A DNA stretch of 64,000 nucleotides from Octopus sinensis (GCF_006345805.1 NC_043015.1:22320001-22384000), one strand, 5' to 3'; shown: positions 1 through 12,480, counted from the stretch's first letter. The notes: generated by a model from the sequence alone, not told the origin. Numbers and translations are program-made.

Positions 1-63
<63 letters not shown>

Positions 64-108
64 ATATAATATATATATATATATATAATACATATATATA
101 TATATAAC

Positions 109-141
<33 letters not shown>

Positions 142-164
142 ATAACATATATATATATATATAT

Positions 165-202
<38 letters not shown>

Positions 203-338
203 ATATTAGAAAATAACACCTTTTACCAATTCAAAATGAATAATTAAATTACACCATCTAGAAAATTACATATAATAAAGTTAAAATTAAAATAACAATT
301 AAAAAGTAAAGATTCCTTGTAAATTTGGTTTTTATTCC

Positions 339-432
<94 letters not shown>
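1..432. repeat. Two interrupted (AT)n microsatellites (1-~202 and ~341-432)
   Basis: Directly visible dinucleotide runs with occasional cat/att/aat interruptions. Confidence 0.98.
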
Positions 433-435
<3 letters not shown>

Positions 436-444
436 GAATCCTTT

Positions 445-650
445 CTGCAATAAGCGAAAGGCCTGAAATCAGAGGCGAAAGGACCAATCGATTACGTCAA
501 CCCTGTGAACAACTTGGGCTTATTTCATCGAACGCGAATGACTGGAAAGTAACGTCAACTGCAGGGGACTTTCAACTGTGTGCATAAAGACGAGTCAAAT
601 ACTGTTAAGCATATTATCCGGCGTTGTAACAACTATGGCATCTCGCTACC
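445..650 (-). mobile_element. tRNA-derived SINE, family 1, diverged copy
   Basis: Reverse complement follows the same order as the better copies at 2896 and 41923: head ggtagcgagatgcc..., then ...gatgaaataag... and ...gtaatcgattgg...ggcctt. Confidence 0.75.
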
Positions 651-1329
651 TTACAATGTATATAGACAAAAGTAGATAAGTACATTAACATATTGCATAT
701 CATATTAAACCGTTATAAACAAGATATACAAGCACGAATATGATGAGCAACATAGAATCTTCCGGACAGGATATCTTCTTTCAAATCATATACAATTTGG
801 TGTATAAAGCAATAGATAATTTATGGAAATAATATTAGTCAGAAACTTGATTGGATATTGAGAATTATTTTCACTGCCTTAGTATTTAATGACTGTGTTG
901 TTAGTTGTTGCTTTGGTCTTATTTTCATTACAAATCGGCCATCTATGTAAATTTGTGATCAAAGGCGCTCTAGACATGAGTACAATTTATAGGTCTTTGC
1001 ACTATATACTTAAGATCTGTTGTAGATATTTCAGAGTGTTTAAGATGTCTACCTAGTTATTATGAGATCCAGATATCGATCCGCAGTTTCCCAATGTAGA
1101 CGAGGGATTTCACTCAAGTCAGAATTAAAACAATTTATTATAAATGAAAACAGTGAACAAAACAATGTTTTGTTCGATGGATTGTGACTGTAATTCTATG
1201 CGCGTGCCATGTTTACATGTAGGAATTACGTTACAAATATTAGTCTTTGTGTAATTACGGAATCCAGCGTATATTCATGGGAGCATATGGCTTTTATACA
1301 TAATGTTGATATATTGAATATAATTGACG

Positions 1330-2060
1330 TCCAAGGAAGAAATCATCCAGGGTAAAGGTTTGGCGTAGTTAGTCACGCTTGAAATTTCGAAGTATGAATT
1401 GTTGTATGTGTATGCAGGAGAATATGGTTTCTTCCTTAATATTAAAATATACACTGTCGATGTTATGAAATTTAGTTTTCCAGTAATGCAGGGCTCGCAT
1501 TTGCTGCCACATCTCCTGTATTTACCGGACTTAGCAATAATTCTCCAGTTTATATGGCGATTGCTCACACTCCACTCATTAAGTATCCATATCATATTGT
1601 ATAAAGATGTTACTTTGTCTATCTCTGAACGAAGTAAGATGCTGTGTATATCTTTCTTTGAAGGTGCTTTTCTCATTTTAATGTAAGTATTGTTGTTTCG
1701 TTCAAATGCGAAATGCTGCTCTTGTACACTAATTCGTTTACCGGGTAACTGTTGTTAAGGGAACAACTTCACAGAGATCTACAATTACAGGATCTTGGAG
1801 GGATATTCCATACGTTGCATTTTTTTCCTATGTTTGAAAATGATCTGCCCATTGTTAGGGAGGCAACTATAATTAACTTTGACCGATTTCTGTTGAGGCT
1901 ATTCTGGAATTATTTGAGTGTGGGAAGTGGTTATTACTATCTAAGTGGATATCGATGTTCATATGTAGAGTCATGCTGTCACTAGGTTAATACAAGGGAG
2001 ACAATAATAAAGATCTCTTTATAAGTTATCTTCCGTGATCTCTATATTCATTTACCCCAC
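1330..2060 (-). mobile_element. Penelope-like retroelement remnant (linker, Cys-rich motif and C-terminal GIY-YIG endonuclease), frameshifted
   Basis: Minus-strand translation across frameshifts gives NHFPH..FNRN..KVNYSCLPN..IIFKHRKK, RSCNCRSL*SCSLNN..LVYKSSI, TYI....TFKERYTQHLTSFR, TSLYNMIWIL and INWRIIAKSGKYRRCGSKCEPCITGKL. This is the motif order of PLE C-terminal GIY-YIG domains (CNC..CPL, YxG, FKxRY.NH, W.I...Y...C.LC..EK). Confidence 0.85.
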
Positions 2061-2164
2061 AATCAGGTACAGTCTCGTGTATTCGCAGCCCAAATAGAGA
2101 GTACCAATGTTCCAAAGCTGCAGACTTGAAATGAGATCCTTCATCACATTAAAACCGTTGTTAA

Positions 2165-2330
2165 GTTTTTTCTTTCTTTCTCTCTCTTTTTCCTTTTTCT
2201 TGAAGAGCGTCGGCTCGAAATTGAAAAGACTTTTTTCATTTTCCCGAGAGTCAAACTAGTACAAATGCTTGTTCTTCATACACCAGTCTTCGTGTTTATT
2301 TTTCTATACATTTCAACTATATATTATTAT
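2165..2330 (+). mobile_element. Short hammerhead-bearing element (PLE pLTR-like), subtype 2, degenerate core
   Basis: cttgaagagcgtcggctcgaaattgaaaagac at 2199-2230. The downstream ~100-nt tail (ttcccgagagtcaaactagtac...ttcaactatatat) matches the copies at 21845 and 42310. Confidence 0.65.
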
Positions 2331-2622
2331 ACGCTCACGTTTTACCCCTGTTTGATCTTCATTCATCTTCCTACTCTTTGGACTTGCATATTTGAACCAT
2401 TTCCCGAACTTTCCGCACCTTTCCTACTTTCCTAATGCGTATACCAGCACCCTACCAGGTTTACCACTGGATGTACTGACTCTATCGCCATGGATTCCAC
2501 TGGAATTTTAAATGGAATTGTCTGTGACTCTTCCACTTTATCTCATCCTTCTACCTATCTTCTGTTCTACTTCTAATTTTCTCTCTCTTTTGTCCGTCTT
2601 CCCTTCTTTGGTCTTTTTCTAT

Positions 2623-2657
2623 ATTTCTGATGAAGAGCTCCGTTCGAAACGTGAAAT
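2623..2657 (+). ncRNA. Minimal type-I hammerhead ribozyme motif, subtype 1, probably inactive (cleavage triplet GUG)
   Basis: AUUU-CUGAUGA-A-GAGC-UCC-GUUC-GAAAC-GU-G-AAAU. Stem I AUUU/AAAU, stem II GAGC/GUUC, palindromic ACGU stem III. A ~67-nt tail then runs into (TA)n at 2721. Confidence 0.75.
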
Positions 2658-2715
2658 CCTCTGTACTTATTCTATGTCGTCGCGTTGTTGTTTTTTCTTG
2701 CTTTTTCTTGTTTGG

Positions 2716-2790
<75 letters not shown>

Positions 2791-2895
2791 ATATGTATGC
2801 ATATATAGTAAGGATGCTTTACGTCAGAAATAGATAAAGACGCTCAAGTCAGGACATATTTGTTGATATATCAATTTAATATTAATCAACTTAAA

Positions 2896-3110
2896 GGTGG
2901 TGAGCTGGCAGAATCGTTAGAACGCCAGGCTAAAAGGTTAGCGGTATTTCGTTCGTCTTCACCTTCTAAGTTTAAATTCCGCTGCGGTCACCTTTACCTT
3001 TCATCCTTACAGTGACGATAAATGAACCCTCAGTTAATGTCGATGTTTATGTAATCGACTGACTCTCACCCTCGAAATTGCTGACCTCTTGTACCAAAAT
3101 TTGAAGCCAA
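2896..3110 (+). mobile_element. tRNA-derived SINE, family 1, full length
   Basis: ggtggtgagctggcagaatcgttag (A-box-like), agtttaaattcc (B-box-like), cctttcatcctt...gataaa core and ...caaaatttgaagccaata tail. Confidence 0.9.
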
Positions 3111-3799
3111 TAGTAGTGGACTTTGGGCTAAAAGAAACCTCGAGAACATTTATTAAATTTAACATTATTATAAGTTAAATTTAAGCAGAACATTTTAACA
3201 AAACTTAGCTGGTGTATGATAATTATATTACTCCTGATCTCTCTTTGTTGTGATTTCTTACGACCTCTTTTTCTTTCCTTCTTAATGTCTTTGTTAGTCT
3301 AATCAGGATTCATTGTTCATTCGTAAACAATGAGATAAGCTGTTTGCAAAAAGAATGTTGCCATGTTTAGAAATTAGTGAGATATAATCATTGCCCAGGT
3401 GTGGAAATGTAACGCATAAAAATAAATTTAATTGTTAATTTGATTCGTTTTATTTCATTGTCTTGCCGTTATTTGTCCTCCGTTTGGATTTTGTGTAAAT
3501 TAGTAAAAGAAAATCTCTCATACAGAATAAAAGTCATTTGTAGACAGATGCAGATTTCTCATGTTCAGTACGTTGTTTTTTTGTTTTTTTTTTACTTTAC
3601 CCACCAAAGCTGTTATTTTATTCTGAAGAGAAAAAGTAATAAATAATTTGGTGCAAATACATTAGATTAATGATATATTTAACAAATTAATTCATTGAAT
3701 AATGTACGTGAGATTTTTTGTGCAGTGTTCCTATCTTAATTCACCCAGCTGTTTTATAAAGTTTAAATTACCGTCCAGTTCTATAATTCTTTCTAACCC

Positions 3800-3993
3800 A
3801 GAAATTATTCTTCGAGGAGGGGATAAGTCAATTGCATCCTCCTCGGTGTTTGACCACTGCTTATTCTATCGACTCAGAGAGGATGAAAGCAAAGCTAACC
3901 TTCGTGGTGGGATTTGAACTCAGTATGCAAAAGCTAAAAGCAATACTGCAAAATATTGTGCTTCTCCCGATCTTATGTTTCTGACATCTCACC
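3800..3993 (-). mobile_element. tRNA-derived SINE, family 1
   Basis: Reverse complement contains gagttcaaatccc and gctttcatcctctctgagtcgatagaataag. Confidence 0.8.
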
Positions 3994-4010
3994 ACCTTCT
4001 CTCCGCTTTT

Positions 4011-4760
4011 TATGAGACCGGAAAATAACTTTTGTTGCATTCCCTGACGTGAAAGAAACAAAGGTTTCTTAGGACTTAACTGAGATATTTAATCAGCCTC
4101 TTGTGTCACTTTACTACTAATAACCTCATCCCATCATCTAGGCCTCTCTCGGCGTAAAATTGTCAGGTTTCAGAGTAAAGAAGTACCCAATATCATTTTT
4201 ACTATTTTTCACAATTAGTAAATAGTTTTCCCCTTTGCATAATGCTAAAACTACCTGTAAAGATGATAGTCAGATGAACCAACGTCTGAAGAATAAATGT
4301 TGTAGGGCAAAGCTTCCATATTTACTGCCATAATCATTTCCTCAGTGGGTTGGCCGATATTTGGTCATGCATTATCGTATAATTCAATCTTTTCGTCGAC
4401 AATATTTCTGAGCGTTAACTGTTTTGTTCTGTGTTTGCACATGATAGTAGATACAATCGTTGATATCCAACCAAACACAGAGCATAATTCATTTTAGACG
4501 TCTTCCTGGATCGGAGATGGACTCGTTGGATATAATTTGATGATGTAATTAACTTGGGATGATTCCGCATAGGAAAGGTTCGGTAGTAAGTCTGCTTTTC
4601 AATAACAAGCATAATATAATTCTCTGATGAAGCTGAGAAGCAGTCAGATATAAATGGCGCCACTGACCGAGTTTTATATATTTCCTTGTTCCTGAAGTAT
4701 ATTTGTAATTTCGGTGTCATATGAATTGAACTGCTCCGAATTCCCAAACCAACCAAAACT
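4011..4760 (-). mobile_element. Decayed mariner (Tc1/mariner, DD34D-type) transposase remnant
   Basis: Minus strand across stops and frameshifts: KLGQWRHLYLT (WVPHEL region), QRIILCLLLKSRLTTEPFL, IMLCVWLDI, KTVNAQKYC, LYDNA*P, YSSDVGSSDYHLYR (YSPDLAPSDYHLF motif), YFFTLKPDNF and RWDEVI. A possible TIR ends in TA at 4011-4012. Confidence 0.85.
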
Positions 4761-5989
4761 GGACAAAACATCATAGGCAAGTTCTAAAATTAAAGCTTCA
4801 TATCTGTAAAAGAAAACAAATATTTCTTGTTGCATCAGTTTCTGAAGAGCTCTTTTGAAATCATAAAGTATGCAGTGTCAGATATTGCTAAATGCACTTT
4901 AAGAAAGTAAATTGCATTTTAAAAGAGTAAAATCGAATTCAACACCCTGGTAGAAATAAATCTACAAAGAAAGACCATCAGAATGAAAATACGCATACTT
5001 ATTTTATCGTAACAACTGGCAACGTGATAATGTCAAAAACTATGACTGGGCTTTCTTTCCTCCTATATGACTATACACATATTCGTTGATCTTTGGATTG
5101 TGCACCGTTCACTCTAAAGAATATTGTGTCAACGTTATTTACCACTGAATATATGAGTTACAATTAGAAACTAGATAGTAAATTAATTTTTTGGTTGCGT
5201 TGTCTTTAGCCTGAAGACTTGCAATAATTTAAGAGTAAAGAAAGTATAATTTCTATATCGTTCACTGCAGAACTGGTTCGAATGTTAACACTTGAAAACA
5301 ACCAATGGCCAGATGTTAGATATTAACAGATTTAGAATATGATACTACCTACGAAGAATAACTACTAGATATGAAAGACGTGCACATGTTGACGAATGGA
5401 AGGTATGGAAAGGAATTCAGTATTGTCTTAAATAATTAATTTTCGTAAAATGTTCTCTGAGAATTGCAGATATAAAAGAGGCCAAAATTTCATACAAACA
5501 ATGATTTAATAAAATAAATGAATAAATAAAGTTATTGATCCCTTTAGCAGTAATGGTTGTTTACGGTAGACGTGTTTTACACGAATTAAGACTGACCTAG
5601 ATAGTTTTCGTATTAGATGCATATTCTGTAAGTGAGAGCTACTAATGAATTCTGGTCTTACATATTGTTCACTGCTGCAAATTTATACTAACTTTCAAAA
5701 TTAATGGTAGGCCTCACGTTTGCAGACAAAGGGAATATATTGCTCATTTGAAATTTCTATGACAACGCGCAAGACGTATAGATTTCCTATCCTATGTATG
5801 CTGTATATAGGTGTATGCAGGTGCGCACGCATCTCTATTATGCGTGTTTGTTTATATATAATAGATACATCTATACATGTATTCATAAAAACGTATGTAT
5901 ATATTATGTGAGTGTGTGTGTGTCTGTTTGTGTATGGCTGTTTGTCTGTATACCTATACATATATACATGTGCATATAAATATGTATGT

Positions 5990-6001
5990 ATATTCATATA
6001 T

Positions 6002-6096
<95 letters not shown>
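5990..6096. repeat. (AT)n(GT)n compound microsatellite
   Basis: Directly visible; source of several spurious YI/CV/HT ORFs. Confidence 0.97.
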
Positions 6097-6098
<2 letters not shown>

Positions 6099-6784
6099 TC
6101 TACAATACTCTTTCTCTGTATGTACGCATGTGTATATATATGTATATTATATATACATATGCATCTTTGTGTATGTATGTCTAGTATGACTGTTTGTGTG
6201 TGTGACTGTGTAGGGCTATATGGGGGTATGTGCGGCAATGTGATCGTGTTTAAAATTCTAATTGCATTTTGTTTATATACACATATATACACCACACATG
6301 AATACATAGAAAACACAATTGCAAGCAAGTGTTGTCGTCTATTTAAGTGTAAACAAATTCAATTTTAAGCAGGAACTCTATTTAAATTCCTAATTAAATA
6401 TCGCAAATTAAAATATATTGACATCTGCAACAATATTTCCTGTGATCCGTCTCTGACTTATGAAATGTGGCCGGTCTTTCCATTTCTAATTGCTTTTTTC
6501 ACTTTCGATTAACATTTGACTAAGTCTCATTTGCATATTAGCTGTGTATGTGTATAACATCATGAGGCCTTGCAGTAGCTTAACGAATAACCGGTTTGAA
6601 ATAACGATTCGTTTGGCTTTTATTTTGTCACACATATTTCGTTCCATCGGACGAAGAGAAATATGTTAACCTTCCAAATATTCTTGTCCATTTACTTGGA
6701 AATAGGGGTACCACATACTGCGGAACAAAATCCTAATACACAGTGATGCGCTATTTCCGAACATTTTATCAATCACATTTTTAA

Positions 6785-6940
6785 ATCTTTAGACTGTAGC
6801 CATGCTGGGGCACTGCATGGAAAGATTTAGTGGAAAAAATCGACCACAGAACTTGAATTTTAATCTGGATCTTATTCTATTGTTACTTTGGCCAAACCGC
6901 TATGTTATAGGGAGTAAACAAACGTAGTCAACCGATACTT
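6785..6940 (-). mobile_element. 3' half of CORE-type SINE, family 2, diverged
   Basis: gactgtagccatgctggggcactgc...atcgacc...ttggccaaaccgcta...gtaaacaaac matches the 7668-7860 segment. Confidence 0.7.
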
Positions 6941-7960
6941 GTGAATGCAAGTTCTTTTATATTCTATAGATATTGGTCTGTATGATTTGCGTTTTCTCCT
7001 AAGTCACATTTAATTAACTAGTTCCGTTCTTCAAGCCATATTCTGGGTGTTATTTTTAGATATTTATGTTTGTGTTGTTTCAACATTCCAATCAGAGAAT
7101 TATTGCTATACCTTGAGTTTCCCGCGTATAGAGATTTGCCTTCTTATCCTTTATTGTTTTTAGGAATTATATTTGGAGAATTAACTTTGATATCGCTCAG
7201 TATGTTTCTCGATATATCCTTGAAAATTAATAAACTTGTCCTTGTGTCAGTTTCATTGTGCTGTCTGTATGTGTGTATATTTGTTTGTATATTTGTTTGT
7301 GTGTGTGTGTTTGTGGATGTGTGTGTGTACATATATGTGTGCATGTGTGCGTGCGTGTGTTTGTATTGTGTTAGGATTTCTTTACGCATGTTTTCAAATA
7401 CTGCAATAGTTTTGCTGCATACAGGTTTTTAGAATTAAATCGTAATAAAATCGTAAGAATGCACGAAAATAGAATTTCAGAATATATTTTAAAGGTAGAT
7501 AATTAGGTATGCCATCATCACACGTAGTCAGTTCGATCAACTCCCATAAAGTTTTCCTCTCAGTTTCAATCAGAGACAATCTGTTTACGCACAGTTCAAT
7601 AACACCAATAAACAATAGAAGTGTCATTTTATTTCGATCCATGTCTGTATAAATGCAGCGTAAAAGCTATTATTTTACTTGTTTCAGCAATTTGACTGCG
7701 GCCATCCTGTATCACCGCCTTTAGTCGAGCAAATCAACCCCAGTACTTATTGTTTGTAATCCTAGTACTCATTATATCGGTCTCTTTTCCCGAAACGCTA
7801 GGTTACGGGGAGGTAAACACACCAGCATCAGTTGTCAAAGGATGGGGGGATGCAAACATGCACACACAAACACACACACACATACACACACAGACACACA
7901 GATACACACACACACACACATACATATATATGTATGTTTTCCATACATATATATATATAT

Positions 7961-8239
<279 letters not shown>

Positions 8240-8419
8240 GACGGGCTTCTTTCAGATTACATCAACTAAATCCACTTACAAGGCTTTGGTCGGCCCGCAG
8301 CTATAGTAGAAGACATTCGCCCAAGGTGCCACGCAGTAAAACTGAACTCGGAACCATGTAGTTGGTTAGTTACCACACATTCACTCCTGCGCATCTTATA
8401 TATTCTGATAGAATATATA

Positions 8420-11093
8420 AAAGATAGAGATATTCTGTTGAGTGAATGGAGTAAAATAACTGAGATCACAGAATACATCCTTATCTTCCTTGTAGAAAAA
8501 TTAAGAAAAATGCTTGGTGTGTGATAATTAATACGACATAAGCAATGAAGAAACAAACCTGAAAGCATCCAAACACTTGAAACAAAAAATATCCGCTTTT
8601 AAATATTAGATAAAAGAGGTATGTCGTTGGAGATAAGCGGATCTCTTAAAGCAGTGCTTTTGAATACCACATCACTGCGATATTATCAATGTTGAGATGA
8701 TATTATCGCAGGGTAATTTTAATCCTTCTTAGAAAAATTTTCTTTCAATATCATTGCAAAATAGAACAACGTATATGTGAGATCAATGCGAATATTGGAA
8801 TCTAGATTTTAAATTCTCTGCGTATATTATAAAGCTGCTTTCACAAGGTATTCATGAATGCATGAATGAACTCATGATGATTACCTTTATCACTTAATCC
8901 TAAATAATGGATGAGCTTCATAGTAAACTAATGCATAGCAAGCCGATATTTCAACGTAGTGATGTATTTATTGATATTTAGAATTCAAAGGTCTTCGTAT
9001 ACAGACCTGTAAAAATGTAAATCCTGTTGAAACAAAAAGGAGGATCTTATAGTCGGTGCACTGTTGGGTTGTATTAAAAGCCGCCGATTCTCTTGCAAAT
9101 CACTTTCCACCGTCAAACATGAAGACTGACGCCTTACATAGTTTAGAGCGACATTCAAATCGGTCGGTCACGGTCATAATGGCCTTGGTCAAAATTTCAC
9201 CCAAAGGAAGATGATAAACTGCTAGATAATAAAAGAGACAGTTTCGGTTTCGTTGACTCTTGTTCTGCTGTGGTAAGCGGAAATGAGGCTGAAAACATTT
9301 CCACATAAAATACTGATGTGCTATGACACAATTCGATGTAGCATGGAAACTGAGATAAAAAAAAACAGAAACTTTTCACCTGCAAATACCCACGAGTGGA
9401 TATAACAATGTTGTTTAAACAAGAACATCCACAACAATAACAACAACAACAATAGCATCGACAACAACAATAATAATTGTTTCTACTATAGGCACAATGA
9501 AAGATGTAAAGTAAAGGTGACCTCGACAGCCTTTGAACAGTGAATACAGAGAGCGATATTGAATGCGGATAATATTTTGTCCTACATGCTAACATTTCCA
9601 AGTCAGCGTCTCGGAAATAATAATTCTTTCTAATGGAGGTAGCAGTATTGAAATTTTGTGGTTATGCTGGTCTAGTCTGTTTTATGTTATCGTCACCGAA
9701 AGATAAAAGGACATCTTGATGGTATTTAAACTCACAATATAAAAATCAGGTAGAAATGCCACAGAGCATGTTATCCGACGCGGTAGCGGTACTGTTAGTT
9801 TGCCGTCTTGGAATAATAGTTTCAGTTTTGGCACAAGGCTAGTAAATTTTTAAAGGTTGTTGCTCGTCGTTTATCTCAATTCTTGTGCTCAACTGGTTCC
9901 TAATTGATCAATCGCAAAACAATGAAAGTTAAAGTGAATCCCAGTGAAATTTGAATCCAGACTGTAGGAACTCGGAACAAATACAATAAAATATTGTCTT
10001 CCACGCTCTTACAGTTTTGCCAGCTCACCTCTCTGGACATGATTCCCACAAGTCCAACTTGAAATTCGGGAAGGTCTTTTAAAATATATATCTTATATAT
10101 TTTATGAGACGGTTCCTTTAGTCAGATTGATACAGTCATAATTAGAAATGCTTGTATAAATAAGAATATAGTAGCCAGATGATCTAGGGACAATAGAAGA
10201 ACGAAAATGGACAGACGATAAATGTCTACGCTGTGCAAAGCTACTTTCAATCCAATTATTTACCGTAGCATCAACACCTAATATGATGAATATACATACA
10301 CAGAGACAAATCGGAGACCAAAATATAAAAATATCTACTCTACGAATCATAATACAATAAATAATATCGATATATTTTCATTGTTCGTGGCAGTAAATTT
10401 ATTTGGCGGAACTGTAAACATGAAAACTATCGCAGTGATGATAATAGATTTAACAGCAATAATTTCATCGATGAGAATAGCAACAAGTGTATAGGTATTA
10501 TTACTGCTGCCCAGGCAGTATCTTCAGTAGCTGCAGAACTAGCGAATTAGGCAATACCCCATAGCGGTTGAACACGTAGCCATCGACATACATATCAGGA
10601 CCTTCATATAAGAGCAGCTGCAAGCTAAATAACTCGCATGTGTTCTGGGCTTGCGATTAGATTTTATCAGCGACGTAGAATGACATGACGAATCACAAAT
10701 TTAAGAAACTCAATTGAATTACTCACTTATATAATTCCCACATACTTGAAAACTCAAAACATTAGATTAGTTGGGATTAAATAAACAATGCGCTATTACG
10801 CGAGGAGATAATAATGTTGAATATGTAGTTAGAAGAGTAAATTCAAGTATAAAAGAGATATTCTACTTTGTGAAGAAAGTAAAATAAATCAGATCACATT
10901 ACATGCTCATTCTTAGAAAATATAAACATAAAAATTATATACAACCGCATGGTAATTAAAACAGCATGGACGATGAAGAAACAAACTGCAAATATTCAAA
11001 TACTTAACGCAAAAGATATTCGCAATAAAAACTAGATAAAAATTGTATGTCATTGTACATAAACGGATCTCTAAGAACAATGCTTTTAAATAC
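8420..11093. repeat. Old direct repeat pair, ~245 bp (8420-8667 and 10852-11093)
   Basis: Shared blocks gagatattct, gtaaaataa, agatcaca, atgaagaaacaaac, tagataaaa, gtatgtc, cggatctct and tgctttt occur in the same order; roughly 70-75% identity by eye. Confidence 0.75.
9820..10030 (-). mobile_element. tRNA-derived SINE, family 1, diverged
   Basis: Plus strand begins ...ttttggcacaaggc and ends ttttgccagctcacc (reverse complement of the head ggtgagctggca). Confidence 0.75.
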
Positions 11094-11437
11094 AAACTGC
11101 AAAACTATTTTAAAATAAGGCTACGTAACATTTTTAATCTGTTCCGTACAGAAACTTTGGAAACATTTTGGAAACCCATTTTTCAACATGAAGTTAAATA
11201 CAACAAAAATACATCGTAAGGTATTGTAAAAATACCTGCCAAAAGTACGAAAATATTTCGTTTGACTCTTCCTTCAAGCAACTTCGGAAACCGAAAAAAT
11301 TCTGGTATTAAGAACACGCAAACTTTTGGTGACCGGCGTTCAACTCACTGCCCTGGTGTCAAATTGATGTGCTCAAAATCTTGGTAAATGATCTACAAGA
11401 GCAGGTAATAGATGTCTTCCCTCTACCTATCACTCCG

Positions 11438-11905
11438 TTACTTGTCTGTTGCATAATCTTTAAAATATTCTCCGTATACAACGTGAAAGCCTAACCAAAG
11501 TAGATATAATGCCCGTAGAGACCAATCGATCAGCTCTTTGTTATCATATATTGCTATAGGGATGCAAAGGTAGTTGGATAACCGTAACAAAATCCTGTTA
11601 GGATATCGTTTTAAACCTTCCAGTGAATTCATTTGAACTACAGCCGAATTATCCTTTTCAACGGCACAAATACAATGAACTCAAACCCGAAAGTCTACAT
11701 GCTGTAATGATCCAAGGAAACAGCCATTTTGTCTTTGTTTTATCTTATGATTGTAACCATTAATTCGGCTATAAAAAAACAATTTCGGATAATACATAGG
11801 GAACGGAAGATAATGTTTGTTCAGCATATTTCCATAGGCGAAATAAAAGTCTCTGCCCGAAACGGCATTCAATTTGAGCGTCTCCTTATGTTCATTAAAA
11901 TATCC
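11438..11905 (-). pseudogene. Intronless gamma-glutamylcyclotransferase (GGCT/AIG2-like)-resembling frame with one in-frame TGA
   Basis: ORFs 11681-11872 and 11438-11632 are in the same frame (checked codon by codon), separated only by TGA at 11683-11681. Collinear motifs: YFAYG-x21-RINGY, V*(W), LEG, Y, S...G, EY. By-eye alignment only. Confidence 0.4.
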
Positions 11906-12174
11906 TCAGGACAAGAATAATAGGAGACACTACAGACAAATCAAGATGGCGTGATTAGTGGACTATTTACCAATGTAAGGAGCTGAATCATTCGGCACCT
12001 TACATATGTTTGAGCATAGATGAAAGACAAATGACATGTATGACAGGTTTTCGGAAGAACTAACAAACAGGGACAACGTAGGGTACATCTAATTAAGCAA
12101 CCCTAGAAAGTGACTGGTATTTATGGTGGGTGCAAGGCAAAGTCAAATTTAGTTGGATTTAAAATGGGAAAACT

Positions 12175-12480
12175 TGTACTCCGTCGGTTACTACAATGAG
12201 GGTTCCATTTGATCTGATCAACGAAACCACCCGCTCGAGAAATGAACGTACAAGTGGATGAGCACACCACAGACACGCATATCCTTTTTGTAGTTCTCAG
12301 GGAAATTCAGCGTGGCACAAAATGTAACAAGACTGGCCTTTTCTACTACAGGTACTACTCATTTTGCTGAGTGGACTGGAGCAACGTGAAATAAAGTGTC
12401 TTGGTCAAGGACAGAACACATACGAGAAACGAACTGACGACCTTACGATCGTCAGCCGAATACCAAAACCACTACGCCAA
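12175..12480 (-). mobile_element. tRNA-derived SINE, family 3 (CORE-like centre)
   Basis: Reverse complement: ggcgtagtggttttggtattcggctgacgatcgtaaggtcgtcagttcg (tRNA-like head), gtccttgaccaagacactttatttcacgttgctccagtccactcagc, and a tail ...ggaaccctc...gtaaccgacggagt. Confidence 0.85.

Noticed and set aside
4624-4650. CTGATGA-AGCTG...CAGTC as a hammerhead
   Set aside because: No GAAA after the stem, and it lies antisense within the mariner remnant.
4415-4780. 121-aa minus-strand ORF as a gene
   Set aside because: It is an off-frame reading of the decayed mariner transposase.
4842-4862. ctgaagagctcttttgaaatc as a hammerhead
   Set aside because: No foldable stem II and no matching tail.
8885-9006. 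Minus-strand 122-nt exon with good acceptor and donor
   Set aside because: All three frames contain stops; only possible as a non-coding or terminal exon, with no supporting evidence.
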